From contig NC_091473.1 of the NCBI RefSeq assembly GCF_036971445.1, forward strand, positions 200,818,001 through 200,882,000: a stretch of DNA of 64,000 nucleotides, written 5' to 3'. Of the stretch, positions 1 to 11,971 are shown piece after piece. This DNA comes from Narcine bancroftii. Lineage: Eukaryota. The position numbers were made by a program, and so were the translations under genes. The notes beneath the pieces were generated by a model. The model made no database searches. It was given only the letters and a program-made list of their open reading frames with translations, and was not told the origin of the DNA. The stretch's first letter is position 1; the number at the start of each line of letters is the position of its first letter.

Positions 1-30
1 TTCGTCCGCGAAGCCAAGCCAAAGAAAGAA
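1..30 (+). mobile_element. 3' terminus of an RTE-clade LINE
   Basis: ttcgtccgcgaagccaagccaaagaaagaa matches the 3' ends of the RTE copies at 25041-25070 (minus) and 31095-31120. Confidence 0.7.
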
Positions 31-264
31 ATATATACATAAGCTTAGAATTAAGTTGGGTTTAGTTAAGTTAATAGAGATAAGTTAACATTTGATTTTG
101 TTTTAATGTTTAAAGAAAATTTAAAAACAACTATTGCTTAAGTAACTATTTGTGTTGGTGAATGTCTACTGCTGCTGGGTTTTGGCGTCTTTGGGCTCGT
201 AACAATATCTATTGCTATGGGGGTTTGGGGTCCTCTGGATTCGTAACAATTGTTAAAGTTAAAT

Positions 265-822
265 TTTCGTTGGATCCATCAGTATTTTTGTTACGTAATA
301 TGAAGAAGTTGAGTTTAGAATCAATAATAACTAGATTTCAAATTACATTTTTGAGATTAGCATTTGCTTAGCCAGAAAATGGTTAGCGATTACTTGGAAA
401 AATGAAACTGATTTGAGTATATATAGATGGCACATGGAATCTTGTATTCCAATGGGGAAAAAATAACATAAATCTACATGATAATCATTTATTTTATCAG
501 AAAATTTGGATCCCTTATTTGGATTAAATGGGTTTAAAATTTTGAATTCTCCATCCATACTGTGCTGCCGTTACTCTAATCCATGGTAATTAATTATGTT
601 ATTATTGTTCATATCTCATTTCTTTCTTTGGGAGTTAGGTTAGTGATATAGAAGGGTTGGTATAGGGTGGGGAGAGGGCTAGTATGGGCGGTGGGTGGGT
701 AGAAATGAGGTAGTGTGTTTATATATATTTTTATTAATGTATATTTTATTCATTATATGTATTGTTTGTTTTCTGATTATATGTATCATGGTTTAATACT
801 TTAAATAAAATATTCAAAAAAG
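265..822 (+). mobile_element. Degenerate L1-like LINE 3' end (ORF2 C-terminus, G-rich 3' UTR, A tail)
   Basis: Resembles the ORF2 C-terminus of the L1s at 23900-24244 and 27600-27890; G-rich tract at 650-700; AATAAA plus A run at 805-822. Confidence 0.6.
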
Positions 823-909
823 GACAATAGACGAGCGTTAATCTGAGGAAAGCGCCTTTACCGAGGATTAAAAAAAACATGAACTAATTGGCTTTGCAGA
901 GAATGTCAA

Positions 910-1562
910 AAGGCTTCTTCAGGTGGATTCTCCGCTAAGATTCCTCTGAAGAAGAGGAAGCGGCCCTTTGATTTGCCGTTCACGTGACAGCGCTAAAAGC
1001 GCAGCGCTGGCCACCTGAAGGGACAGCTGCTCCGGGATGCGCATATGAGTGCATTCCGGCTCCTGTCCCTTGGGCTGTCAAGTTAGGATGACTGGCTGTC
1101 AGCTGGGACAGCCAGCGCGGTCAATCAGCGCGGGGACATCCCTCGTGGAATGTCCCCACACTGATCGCTCTGCCCCCCGGCGGGGGAGAAGGGGGCTGGG
1201 GCGGCCGGCGGGGGAGTACGGCGCTCGAGTTGGGTCCCGGCATTGTTTCGCCCAGCCCCCTTTTCCACCGCCGGCCGTTCTTGCCATAAAGTCCACGCGC
1301 TGACAGCCCAGCCAGCTGCCCCTGCCCCGACGTCCTGCGCCGGGGGAAGGGGCAGCTGGGAGAGGAGCTGTCAGGCGCTTTTAGGCGGCTGCATTCAGAT
1401 GGCTGGGGAGGCCACAATGCTGCGGCGATTATCCCTCTCTGAGGAGGGTTACTAAGTTCGTCTTGCAGGCGCCTCCTGCACATTCACGTGACCTCCCAAC
1501 CGCCGCATTTTGCCAAAATATGCTGCTTTACAAGCGGGGCAATTGGCCACCTGAAAGTGCTT
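910..1562. mobile_element. Possible non-autonomous DNA transposon (MITE-like)
   Basis: Imperfect terminal inverted repeats (aaggcttcttcaggtgg / ccacctgaaagtgcttt) and internal palindromic motifs; GC-rich interior in AT-rich flanks. Confidence 0.35.
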
Positions 1563-2258
1563 TAAAAGGTCTTCCGTTCCTTGCACTGAACCTGGACCTT
1601 ATACCCGAGCCGGACGTGGGCAGTAGATGGAATAGCCAGAAGAGCTTGTTACCTTGAATGTAACCCAAATATATTTCCGCTCTCTCTCGGTGCCTAGAGA
1701 GCTAAGACTGCTCTTCTCTTGTTTCGAAAGAAATTAAAAAATCGAAAATAAAGACATGCAAAACTGATTGTGCCAACACATAAAAATATTCATTTGTAAT
1801 TAATTTGCAAAGATAGAGACCTGAAATAATCTGTGGTTTTGGAGTCTGGTGGTTGAGGGGAATACAACCATGAAACTGGTGTCACCGAGTGCCCTCCCCG
1901 ATGGATGTCCTGGGTGGTATGAACAGTGAATGACCTAGGTGGTAAGAATCCCCGATCATTGCTGCTGCCTTTCTGGATGAATCTAACTAGGCCTGATACA
2001 GGATAATTCAGTAATAGTTTCAACTCCTTCCTGAACCGGTGCTGAGTAGCTGCAGGTGTTCGTGCACGAGCTGAGAAGAAGGAGCATATATATATCCTAC
2101 CTCCTTCCAGATAACCACGGGGTCATTGTAAGTCGAGTAATAGAGTGTTTGTGATCCGGTAGTAAATGAAATGAATTAGTGGTCAGCCATAAGAGTAAAA
2201 AAAACTGCCAGAGACGGTGAAAAGTATAACAATTGATTTTTCCTGTTCTCCATTTCAG

Positions 2259-4430
2259 TGGCCTTATCGTGGCGGCACTATGCTTTCCGCGCCCTGCTCG
2301 TCACCACAATGAATCTGACGGTCGGGACATTGAGCGACAAGATGAGAACGAACGGGATGAAGGGAGTTGCGATGTATTTAAACACTGAATATATTATCCA
2401 CAATGGGATGGTGTCGAAACTGGATTTTGTCTGACAGTACCACACCGTTCCATTCATTACATAAAATACATTCTTAAAATACCAGGGGACGTTTTTTTAA
2501 GCAGCCCGGGATGAATATCGTCCAAACCACAGTGGCCGCCACTTTTTGTCGGTAATACCTGGTTTTCAAGTTTTGCCAGCAAATGGCTACAAAACGATCG
2601 AAGGTGAAAGCTACTGGTCATCCAGACGAGAATATCCTGAATGGCGGACGAAAGCACGAGTTGGCGTGGTCGATAGGTCGCCACCTGGGAAGAAAATGCT
2701 GACAAATCTTGATGAGTGGAACTCCGGAGATGAGAACGAGAAGGTCGGCCACAGCCATTCCCACCAGATAGTACGTAATGCATTTGGAGAGTCCGCATTT
2801 TTCGCGGGACAGAATTCCAATGGTGATAACATTGGCTAAAAGAGAACACGTTTAAATGGGACGAAGTGAAACAAGAAGCGATTTGTTTTCAAGCACGTGT
2901 AACTTCCAACTGTGACTACCCGCAAAATTGGAGGAACAAAACGTCATGTTCTGTCTGGTGAGCCTCCCACCATATTGCAATAATATCGACTTCTGTTTCT
3001 GTGATCATCGCTCACTCCGGTCTCCCTTGTCGATTATTCTTCTGACACCTTTCCTCTAGCTCGATTTCCTCGTCCCTCTAACCAATTCCCTCCATCTCTG
3101 GAATACTAATTTCCTCCCGTTTAATTCTCAGCTTTTCACTCCTGCCCTCCTATCCATATCCTGTTGGTTGTTCACCTAAACTCCTACCCCTGCCCCATAT
3201 TCACTCCTTCCCCTACTTATTTACTTCAACTTGTTTTGCTCATATCTTGATGAACGTCTCAGACGCCAAAATTTCGGTTATGCATATTTGCCAGCTCTGG
3301 ACTTGTATTAAAGTAAAATCACAGTCTTTGCAGACATTATTGTTTAACTCCACGAAATGCTGGAGGTTTAGGTTGGGGTAAAGTTTAGAGGACGTGTTAA
3401 TGACAATTATTTGGTAAAAGAGCGCAGTGGACGGCGGGATGTCGTGATGGAGGCTAATACAGAAGCTACATTCAAAAGACGCCTCGATGTGCACATGTAT
3501 GTATGGGAGATAAATTGAGGGTTATGGGTGAGAAATGAAAAACAGATTGTTATGGGGTCGTACATCATCATGTGTTGTAATGTTCTATGCAAATCAATAT
3601 GTACATCTGTGTTCATCTCTCTACAGCTCTATATCCCGCCCTCTTGGCCCCCTGAAGGGCTAATGAAAATAAACAAAACAATCTGACAACGGATTCTATG
3701 GCCAGGTAAAAATTTCCAAACGTTGTTCTTCAATGACACAAACGTTCCTTCCATGTTCCCGACACACATTCATGAGTGAGAGAAATATTACCCCGTTGAA
3801 GGAGGCGATGGGTAAGATCCCCCACGGCCACATGACCTAGCTGTCATTTAAATCGACGTTTTAACAAAAACAGGAAAACCAGTCCACTCCCGTCGCTATA
3901 CTAAATGGCTTTTCAACCTGTTTTATTTTTGTTTTGGCTGTGGGAAAGGAACCACCTCAGACTGGTGTGATGTCCAATCCTGAAAGTGAACGGCTCCTTT
4001 TACCATATCTGCAATACGAAATGTCTTTACATTCTGCCAATGTTACTAATTGTATAGCAGATGCAGTAGTGTCTGCAGGAAGCAACGATCTTACACCGAA
4101 GAATAAGAGGTGAATATTAATATGGGATCTCAAAAAACACGGACCATTCGGAACATGGAAAAAAAATGTAAAACCAATTTTCGATGGCGATCAGCTAACG
4201 TCAGTCACTTGGACGTGCCCGGCCTTTCATTCCCTAGCTGAGGAGGAGAGTGGTGGAAACTAGTAAACTCCTACAGTCATGCTTTTAAGGCGGACGAATT
4301 TATCAATTCAACAACGATCGACCAGAACCGATTACTTGGATCGTTGGATGCAGTTTTCACAGCCTATCCAGAGGTGTCCGGGACTGGGTCCTAAAATCCA
4401 CACTATTTATGGAATGGCCAGAGGTTTAAG
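2259..4430 (+). pseudogene. Putative multi-exon pseudogene, family not recognised
   Basis: Acceptors ttctccatttcag (2258) and catctctctacag (3626); donor gg|gtaag (~3811); protein-like reading frames broken by isolated TGA/TAA codons and frameshifts. Confidence 0.4.
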
Positions 4431-4609
4431 GGTTCGCTGTTTTTGAGGAGTCCATTATAAGTAGCTACTTGCTTTACTACAGAATCATAGTGATCTTGCA
4501 TGATATAAATATATTTATGAGATCCCACACGTCTGTGTGCATTAAACAGAAGACAAATCCTCATTACAAAACGTTTGCACCCATCCAGTCTGACCCGCCA
4601 TTCAACCAC

Positions 4610-7410
4610 TATAGAATATTAAAGCACATCAAATGGGTCCTTTGGCTAATGGAGTGTGTGCTGAACTAAAATTGTGCCTAGGCCCACTAACATGAACCAA
4701 GTTCGTAGCCCTTCATTCTGCTCCCATCCAAGTACCTCTCCAAATTTTCCTAAAAAGTGAAAGTTGAGCCCACATTTACCACTTAAGATGGCAGAGCATT
4801 ACACACTCCAATTCCGTGTGAAGACGCTCTGCCTAATATTCCCCGTAAACAATTCAGCTTTCCCATTTAAACCATGTCCCCTGGTTTGTATCTCACCAAA
4901 CCTCAGTGGAAATGGCCGACTTGCATTTTATCTATATCTCTTATGTTCCATGCTTCTATGTTTCTATGATCATTGAATGGTGAGTCAGAATTTATGGGCT
5001 GAATAGCTTTGATGTTCTCCTTGTTCTTATGGTTAATGCAGACCAATCCACAGAAATATGTGGCACATCATAAATATAATATGATGGAAGATAACTTTAC
5101 CATTTTGCATACCTTTAATATTTTCCCCTTATTTTTTCTCAGTTTGAAATCCTTTCTCAATGTCCACAAAGACTCCAAACTTTGCGTCATCTCCAGATAT
5201 GCTGATCCAATCTTCCACATTATTATCAAGGTCATTGATATCAATGATAAACAACGATTGTATCATCACTGAATCCTGAGGCCACCACTATTCACAGGCC
5301 TGCAATATTAGAAGCATTTATGCACTACCAATATTTGGATTCTTCTGTATAGGTTTGTCCTTGCATCCAGAGTGTTGCCTTTGTCAACTTTCTGAGTAAC
5401 CTCCTTGAAAAACGATACATGATTTGTTAAACACGACCTAACATGCAAAACTTCATGTTGCCATTCCATTCTCAGACCCCAGCTGTCAAAATACTTTCAT
5501 ATCCTATCTCACATAACTCCTTCCAATAATTTACCAACTGATGAAGTCAAGCACACTGGCCTATAATTTCCAGGGTAACTTTTGGTGGCTTTTAAACAAT
5601 GGAACAACATGATCTGCCCTCCAATCTTCCTACATCCCTTCTATGGCTTCTAATTCTCACAATCATCCACACACCCCACCCTTTTATCCCTCACCACTGA
5701 TGCCTTAGTTCAGGGGGTTCCCAACCTGGGGTACGTGTACCCCCAGGGGTACATTTGCACTTTTCAGGGAGTACATTGGGTCTGAGAGAATAACCACTAT
5801 TGTACAATACGTGGTGTTGTAATCTGCAGTAAGATTGCACAATGTTGTGTTTTTTTAATCCTTAATTTTTAGGGGTACACGGGAACCGATAAAAATGCCC
5901 AAGGGTACATAGGAACAAAAAGGTTGGGAACCCCTGTCTTAATGGATAAAAAATGTATATATCTCTGCCTTAAATTTGTTCAATCACGTGGCTAACAAAT
6001 CGCCTGTGCCAACAAATCTGACTGAAGAAATTTATACATACATCTGTTCTAATTTAATGCCCTTCAAACCTGAAGTTGTTCCCTCTGATCCTTTACTCTT
6101 TCAACATCTACTCCATTCACGTCTTTCAACATTTGGAATGTTTCAATAAGCTCGCCTTAATTGTCTTAAATTCCAACAAGTACAGACCAAGAGATGCCAT
6201 ATAATCCTTGGGTGATTACCTCTTCTTTCATGAATCACTCTGGTGAACCTACTCTAAAGTCAGCAGTTTATTTCACAAGATGACAAGATCATAAGTTAAA
6301 AGGGCAGAGAAGTAGGCCACTAGGCCCATCGAGCCTGCTCCGTGACTCTACATTAAGCTGAATTATGCTCACACCGAGTCCCAATTTCCAGCCCTTGCTA
6401 CCCTTACTAATGAGATACTTGTCCATTTCCTGTTTAAATACTCACAGTGATCTGGCCTCCATTGCTTTGGACTGCAGTGAGTTCTGCAGATCCATGACCC
6501 TCTGACTAAAGAAGTTCTTCCTCCTCTCTGTTTTAATTGGATAATTTCTAGTTTTAAGACTATGACCCCTTGTCCTATTCACCCATGAAGGGAAACATAT
6601 TATCCGTATTCCCTCTATCAAAACTTTTCAATATTTGAAATGTCTCTATGAGATCCCACTCATTCTTCTATACGCCAATGAATACAACACAAGAGCTATG
6701 AAATGCTCCTCATACGCCAGGCTCTGCATTCCAGGAATCATCCTAGTAAATCTCCTCTGCATCCTCTCCAACAACAGCACATACTTTCAAAGAAATGGGA
6801 CCCAAAAGTGTACACAGTACTCCAAATGGTGTCTCACCAGTGCCCCATAGAGACTCATTAGCACCTCACTACTCTTAAACACTATTCCTCTTGAAATGGG
6901 CATAGCATTCACCTTCTTCACTACCAATCTTGGGGGTTAACTTTTAGATTACTCTGCACAAGGACGCCTAGGTTTTTTTAAATTTTCTCCCTATCCAAAT
7001 AATACTCTACCTATTTATTTCCACTGCCAAAATGTGGAACTGAACACTTCTCAACATTGTACTTCATCTGCCATGTTTTTGCCCAATCTCCCAAACTGTC
7101 TATATCCCACTGCAATTTCACTGTTTCTTCAACAATTCCTGCTCCACCACCTATCTTAATGACATCTGAAAATTTGGCCACAAAACCATTCTTTCTACAA
7201 TCCAAATCATTGAAATAAATTGTAAACAACAGCTGCCCCAACACCGATGCCTGTGGAACACCACTCATTACAGACAGCCATCCTGAACAAATCCCTTAAT
7301 TTGAACCCTTTGCTTTCTGCCTGTCAGCCAATTTTCTATCCAGTCTAATAGCATCCCTGTAATTCCATGGACCTTAGTTATCAACCTAACATGCAGCACC
7401 TTGTCTAAAA
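4610..7410 (-). mobile_element. Degenerate CR1-clade LINE fragments
   Basis: ORF 7011-7268 SGVPQASVLGQLLFTIYFNDLD...KFSDVIKIGG matches the CR1 RT signature (GVPQGSVLGP, FADD); further CR1 3'-end-like pieces nearby. Confidence 0.7.
5711..5936. mobile_element. hAT-type MITE
   Basis: Terminal inverted repeats cagggg(g)ttcccaacct / aggttgggaacccctg; degenerate 8-bp flanks. Confidence 0.75.
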
Positions 7411-7414
7411 CTAC

Positions 7415-8100
7415 TCAAATTACTGCACGAGGGGTCTGATTAATTCCTTGTGAAGACGCACTTGTTCTGTTCCACTTGGCCAATGGTCTGAAAAGGTTAT
7501 CACAGAGATGCGGCAACACAAAATATGCAACAGCATGCAACTCATTATTGAAATGTGATTGAACCAGGAATTCCCACAGCTGGTACAAATCCAGAAGTTC
7601 GAACCTTAATTTCATCTTTTCTTTTAACACACTTTCCAGGCTTAATTACTATCCTGCTCTATATTAATCCACTGAACAGGCTTATTAATCTGTTCCACAT
7701 TAACTTCCTGAAAATGCCTACCATTCTGAGATGTATTTTTGTTAATGAGGGCAAATTTGTCTGCTATTCTAGATCTTTGTTGCTATGTCCCCATGTCTCT
7801 CTCATCCAGGTATAATTTAATCTCCTTTGGAACAAACCTTTTAATTTCCTCAATTAACACCAATTCTCTCAATCTGTCAAAATCATTATTTATTCCTTTT
7901 GAGGTGCACCAATCGTCAAACCACATAGATTTCTTCAGATCAAAATCCATGTAAGATTGATTCCATGTTTTCATCAAACTCCTACATTTTTGTCTATATG
8001 CTTCTGGAGCCAACTCATAAGCTTTGTTTAACAGTATCATAATTTGTCACTTGCTCTGCAGTCCAGATAAAGGATGCAGTTTGTGCTTTTCCTTTCAATA
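7415..8100 (-). mobile_element. Gmr1-like Gypsy retrotransposon remnant (SCAN-like gag capsid plus integrase piece)
   Basis: ORF 7783-8040 AYELAPEAYRQK...FDDW...LRELVLIEE...IKLYLDER is the typical Gmr1 gag/SCAN-like signature. Confidence 0.7.
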
Positions 8101-8832
8101 TACTTTGGCGCATGAACGACCTGCAGATACCACGCAAGAGAATAGGGGGTCTGTGCCCCGGACCCCAGTCACTGGGCACCGGGAGTGAGCACCACCAGGC
8201 TTCACAGCAGCCCCAATGGTGGGGCCACGGACCCGGCTGATGCTGCTATTTCCCTTGAGAAGGGATCTCCCCCCCAAGAGGATGCCCAGGGTGTCCGTGT
8301 GTGAGACGGGGACGGTGACAGGGTCTCCTGCCCCTCCCCCAGAGGACCGGTCCGCTCCGTGGTAGGGACCCCGTCCCTGCCCCTCCTGTACCTTCCTTGA
8401 GGCCGGGGAAGGACAGGGGCTGCAGCCAGACACACTCGCTGCCCAAGGCCTTGTCATAGACCCTTCTCCCTGATTTCCCCTCCCCCCCCACGCCCTCTCC
8501 CCCCCTCCACGCCCACTCTCCCCCCCCCACGCCCTCTCTTCCCCCCCCCCCCCCCATGCCCTCTCTCCCCTTGTGACAGGAAGCGCAGTCCCTACACTTA
8601 TCCCCCTCCCGCCCCTTCCCTTCCCTCCCCTCACCGGCCCGACTTTGGGGAGACGAAGCTCCAGCCGAACCTTGGTGCCGCTCGCCCTCCTCCCCAAGGC
8701 CGCATCGGGTGCACATCAGGGCAGCGCGGCGTCAACAAGGACCGGGCCCCGTGCCCCTTGCACTCATGGCCCGCGCCCTCCTATCCCCACCGCTCCGCCC
8801 CTCCACTCGGGGCGATTCTCATCGCCACAAAG

Positions 8833-9245
8833 GAAAACGGAGCCGAAAGTGAGCGGTGAAGCTGCGCTCAGTGAGTATCGGGCAGGCGGGCTCTGGGCTC
8901 AGTGATGGACAATAAGGAGAGAGCAGATTGAGAAAGAGGGTTTAGCATCATCCTGCTCAAACGTTGGTTCGGACACAGATGGAGATGTTGGCGATGGAAT
9001 CCGATTTCCGCGCTCCCTCCCTCCCTCCATCATGTTCCCGCGGCTTCAGTGGACGAGGCTCCCTTTCAAACGGACCCGCGTCTCCTCTCCCCGATCCGGT
9101 TGAGCTCCCTGTCGCCCCACCTTCCGCACAGCGACAGCAGCGCCCGGGCCAGAGGGGAGCATTAATCTCCAGTGTGGAAGCAATAAATGGGAACCTTTCC
9201 AACAGCCCTAACTCCACATTGGATGAGAACTCAGATCAATGACGG
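8833..9245. repeat. Conserved non-coding ZNF-upstream module, copy 1
   Basis: Near-identical to 31282-31702 and 62094-62507; partial inverted copy at ~45760-45880. Confidence 0.9.
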
Positions 9246-9309
9246 GTCTTCACTCACATGGTTCCAATTCTGTTCAATGGAGAAGCTCATGTTCACCAAG
9301 TCCAGCCAG

Positions 9310-9380
9310 ATGACGGAACTGCGCCCCTTAAAAAAAAAGCGGGACAGGGACGTCGAGCGGAGTGACGTCATCACGCTCGC
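9310..9380 (+). promoter_or_regulatory. CpG-rich promoter-like segment (GC box, CRE TGACGTCA)
   Basis: tgacgtca at 9363-9370; paralogous segments carry GGGGCGG, TGACGTCA and NRF1-like GCATGCGCA motifs (45630-45730, 58132, 62580-62700). Confidence 0.5.
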
Positions 9381-9595
9381 CAGTCCGATGACGGAGGGCT
9401 CCCGCAGTTCCGGGGCTTGCAGCGCCCGGTTCGAAGAAGCTTCTCCCCGGGTCGTGACTCTCGTCCCAGCCTCAGTGTTGCTTTAACCCATGGCTCATCT
9501 CTCCGAGAGCTTCCATCGGGCTGAGCCCGCGCTGTGACTCTGGGGCAGGACTGCATTGATTTATCCCCTGGTCACATCCACTCACCCCCACAGCG

Positions 9596-11467
9596 ATGAA
9601 CCCGTTTCTGTGCTCCGATTGTGGGAAGAACTTTCAAACTCTGGGTAACTTGAAGAGACACCGGCGGGCCCACTCCGGGGAGAGGCCCTTCATCTGCCCC
9701 GATTGCAAGAAGGCCTTCACCACCTTGTCCAACCTTGAGAGACACCGGCGGGTCCACACCGGGGAGAGGCCCTTCACCTGCCCCGAGTGCGGGAAGGGGT
9801 TTGCACAGAGCAACGATCTGCGGGCGCATCAGCGGGTCCACACCGGGGAAAAGCCATTTGCTTGCTCCAAGTGCAAGAAGGCCTTCACCATTAGTGCCAA
9901 CCTGGAGAGACACCTGCGGGTCCACACTGGGGAGAGGCCCTTCACTTGCCCTGAGTGCAAGAATGCCTTCACTACTTTGTCCAACCTTGAGAGACACCGG
10001 CGGCTCCACACAGGAGAGAGGCCCTTCACTTGCCCTGATTGTGCTAAGGGGTTTACCCAGATCACTGACCTTCGGACCCACCAAAGGATCCACACCGGGG
10101 AAAACCCATTTGCCTGCCCCGAGTGTGATAAGGACTTCACCCATAAAGGCAACCTTGAAGCACACCAACGGGTCCACACTGGGGAGAAGCCTTTCACCTG
10201 CCCTGATTGCGGAAAGGGTTTTGCTCAGATCACCAACATGCGGACCCACCAGTGGGTCCACACCGGGGTAAAGCCATTCGCCTGCCAACAGTGTGAGAAA
10301 GCTTTCACCAACAGATACAACCTTGAGATACACCAGCGGGTCCACACTGGCGAGAAGCCCTTCACCTGCCCAGAGTGTGGCAAAGGCTTCACCTACACCT
10401 CCGGCCTCAAGAGCCATCAGCGGGTCCACACCGGGGAGAGGTCGTTCACCTGCCTCAAGTGCGGCAAGAAATTTGAAAGTTTGAGTAAGTTAACAAGACA
10501 CCAGTGGGTCCACACCGGGGAGAGGCCATTCACCTGCTCCGAGTGTGGGAAGGGGTTCATCCGATCTACCCATCTGCTGAGACACCAGCGGGTCCACACT
10601 GGGGAGAGGCCATTCACCTGCTCTGACTGCGGGAAGAAATTTAAACATCTGGGTAACTTAAAGATACACCAACGGGTCCACACTGGGGAGAAGCCCCTCA
10701 CCTGCCCCAAGTGTGGCAAGGGCTTCACCGACACCTTCAGCCTGCAAAGGCACCAACGGATCCACACTGGGGAGAGGCCATTCACCTGCCCCGATTGTGG
10801 GAAGGGGTTTGCCCAGATCACCAACATGCGGATCCACCAGCGGATCCACACCAAGGAGAGGCCCTTCACCTGTCCCAATTGCGGGAAGGGGTTTGCTCAG
10901 ATCACTCACATGAAGACCCACCAGCGAGTCCACACTGGGGAAAGGCCGTTTACCTGCTCCGAGTGCAAGAAGTCCTTTGCCAGGTGGTCGAACCTTGAGA
11001 TACACCAGCGCGTCCACACAGGAGAGAGGCCCTTCACCTGCTCCATCTGCAGAAAGAAATTTAAACATCTGGCTGACTTAAAGAGACACCAACGGCTCCA
11101 CACTGGGGAGAGACCATTCACCTGCCCCAATTGTGGGAAGGGGTTTGCCGATATCACCCACATGCAAACCCATAAGCGGGTCCACACCGGGGAAAAGCCA
11201 TTCAGCTGCTCCAAGTGCAAGAAGTCCTTCACCAGGTGGTCCAACCTTGAGGTACACTGGCAAATCCACACTGGCGAGAGGCCATTCACCTGCCCCAAGT
11301 GTGGCAAAGGCTTCACCGACACCTACAGTCTGCAGAGACACCAACGGGTCCACAACAGGGAAAAGCTGTTCACCTGCCCAGAGTATGAGAAGGCCTTCAT
11401 CAATGCATACAACCTTGAGGTACACCGGCAGGTCCACAGCGACAAGAAGCCCTTCATGTGCCCCTAA
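9596..11467 (+). CDS. Tandem C2H2 zinc-finger protein, 623 aa, 21 intact fingers plus 1 degenerate, no KRAB/SCAN in this exon
   Basis: CxxC-x12-HxxxH repeats with TGEKPF/TGERPF linkers; acceptor ccccacag just before cgATG; decayed fingers continue to ~11926 after the stop. Confidence 0.9.
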   Translation: MNPFLCSDCGKNFQTLGNLKRHRRAHSGERPFICPDCKKAFTTLSNLERHRRVHTGERPFTCPECGKGFAQSNDLRAHQRVHTGEKPFACSKCKKAFTISANLERHLRVHTGERPFTCPECKNAFTTLSNLERHRRLHTGERPFTCPDCAKGFTQITDLRTHQRIHTGENPFACPECDKDFTHKGNLEAHQRVHTGEKPFTCPDCGKGFAQITNMRTHQWVHTGVKPFACQQCEKAFTNRYNLEIHQRVHTGEKPFTCPECGKGFTYTSGLKSHQRVHTGERSFTCLKCGKKFESLSKLTRHQWVHTGERPFTCSECGKGFIRSTHLLRHQRVHTGERPFTCSDCGKKFKHLGNLKIHQRVHTGEKPLTCPKCGKGFTDTFSLQRHQRIHTGERPFTCPDCGKGFAQITNMRIHQRIHTKERPFTCPNCGKGFAQITHMKTHQRVHTGERPFTCSECKKSFARWSNLEIHQRVHTGERPFTCSICRKKFKHLADLKRHQRLHTGERPFTCPNCGKGFADITHMQTHKRVHTGEKPFSCSKCKKSFTRWSNLEVHWQIHTGERPFTCPKCGKGFTDTYSLQRHQRVHNREKLFTCPEYEKAFINAYNLEVHRQVHSDKKPFMCP

Positions 11468-11971
11468 TGTGGCAAGAGCTTCACTCAGACCTCCCATCTG
11501 CAGATACACCAGCATGTCCACACCGGGGAGAGACTGTTCATCTGCCCAGAGTGTGGCAAAGGCTTCACTGATGCCTCAAGCCTGCAGAGGCAACAGTGGG
11601 TCCACATTGGGGCAAAGCCGTTCACCTGCTCTGAGTGTGGGAAGGGTTTCAGCAGTCTTGAGATACACCAGCGGGTCCACACCGGGAAGAGGCCCTTCAC
11701 CCGTTCCAAGTGTGAGAAGAACTTTAAACATCTGGCTGACTTAACTAGACACCAATGGGTCCACACCAGGGAGAGGGCCTTCATCTGCCACAAAGGCGGC
11801 AAGGGCTTCACCAAGACCTCCAACCTGCTGACCCACCAGCGGATCCACCCTGGGGAGAGGCCCTTCACCTGCTCCAAGTGTGGGAAGGGTTTCACCCAGT
11901 CAGATAACCTGCTGAAACACCAGTGAGTTCATACATAAAGTTTGCAGAGTGTGGAATATTGAAACATCACT

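Noticed and set aside
2259-4430. In-frame TGAs as selenocysteine
   Set aside because: Frameshifts and TAA/TAG also occur, no SECIS recognised; CGA to TGA decay is simpler.
8095-8905. Gly/Pro-rich ORFs over the C-rich tract
   Set aside because: Low-complexity GC-rich sequence; frames not conserved in paralogous regions at 29.5 and 61.3 kb.
8957-9242. Recurrent ORFs in the module (MELGLLERF... minus; MVRTQ... plus)
   Set aside because: Non-ATG starts, and 4-nt microsatellite changes shift the frame between copies.
8833-9245. Module as telomerase RNA or box C/D snoRNA (ccctaac, ctaaaccct, gggctctg; minus-strand atgatg...ctga)
   Set aside because: No full vertebrate template, pseudoknot or P6.1 stem; box C imperfect and no convincing terminal stem.
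9572-11521. Long antisense and alternative-frame ORFs over ZNF arrays
   Set aside because: Shadow ORFs caused by repetitive finger codons.
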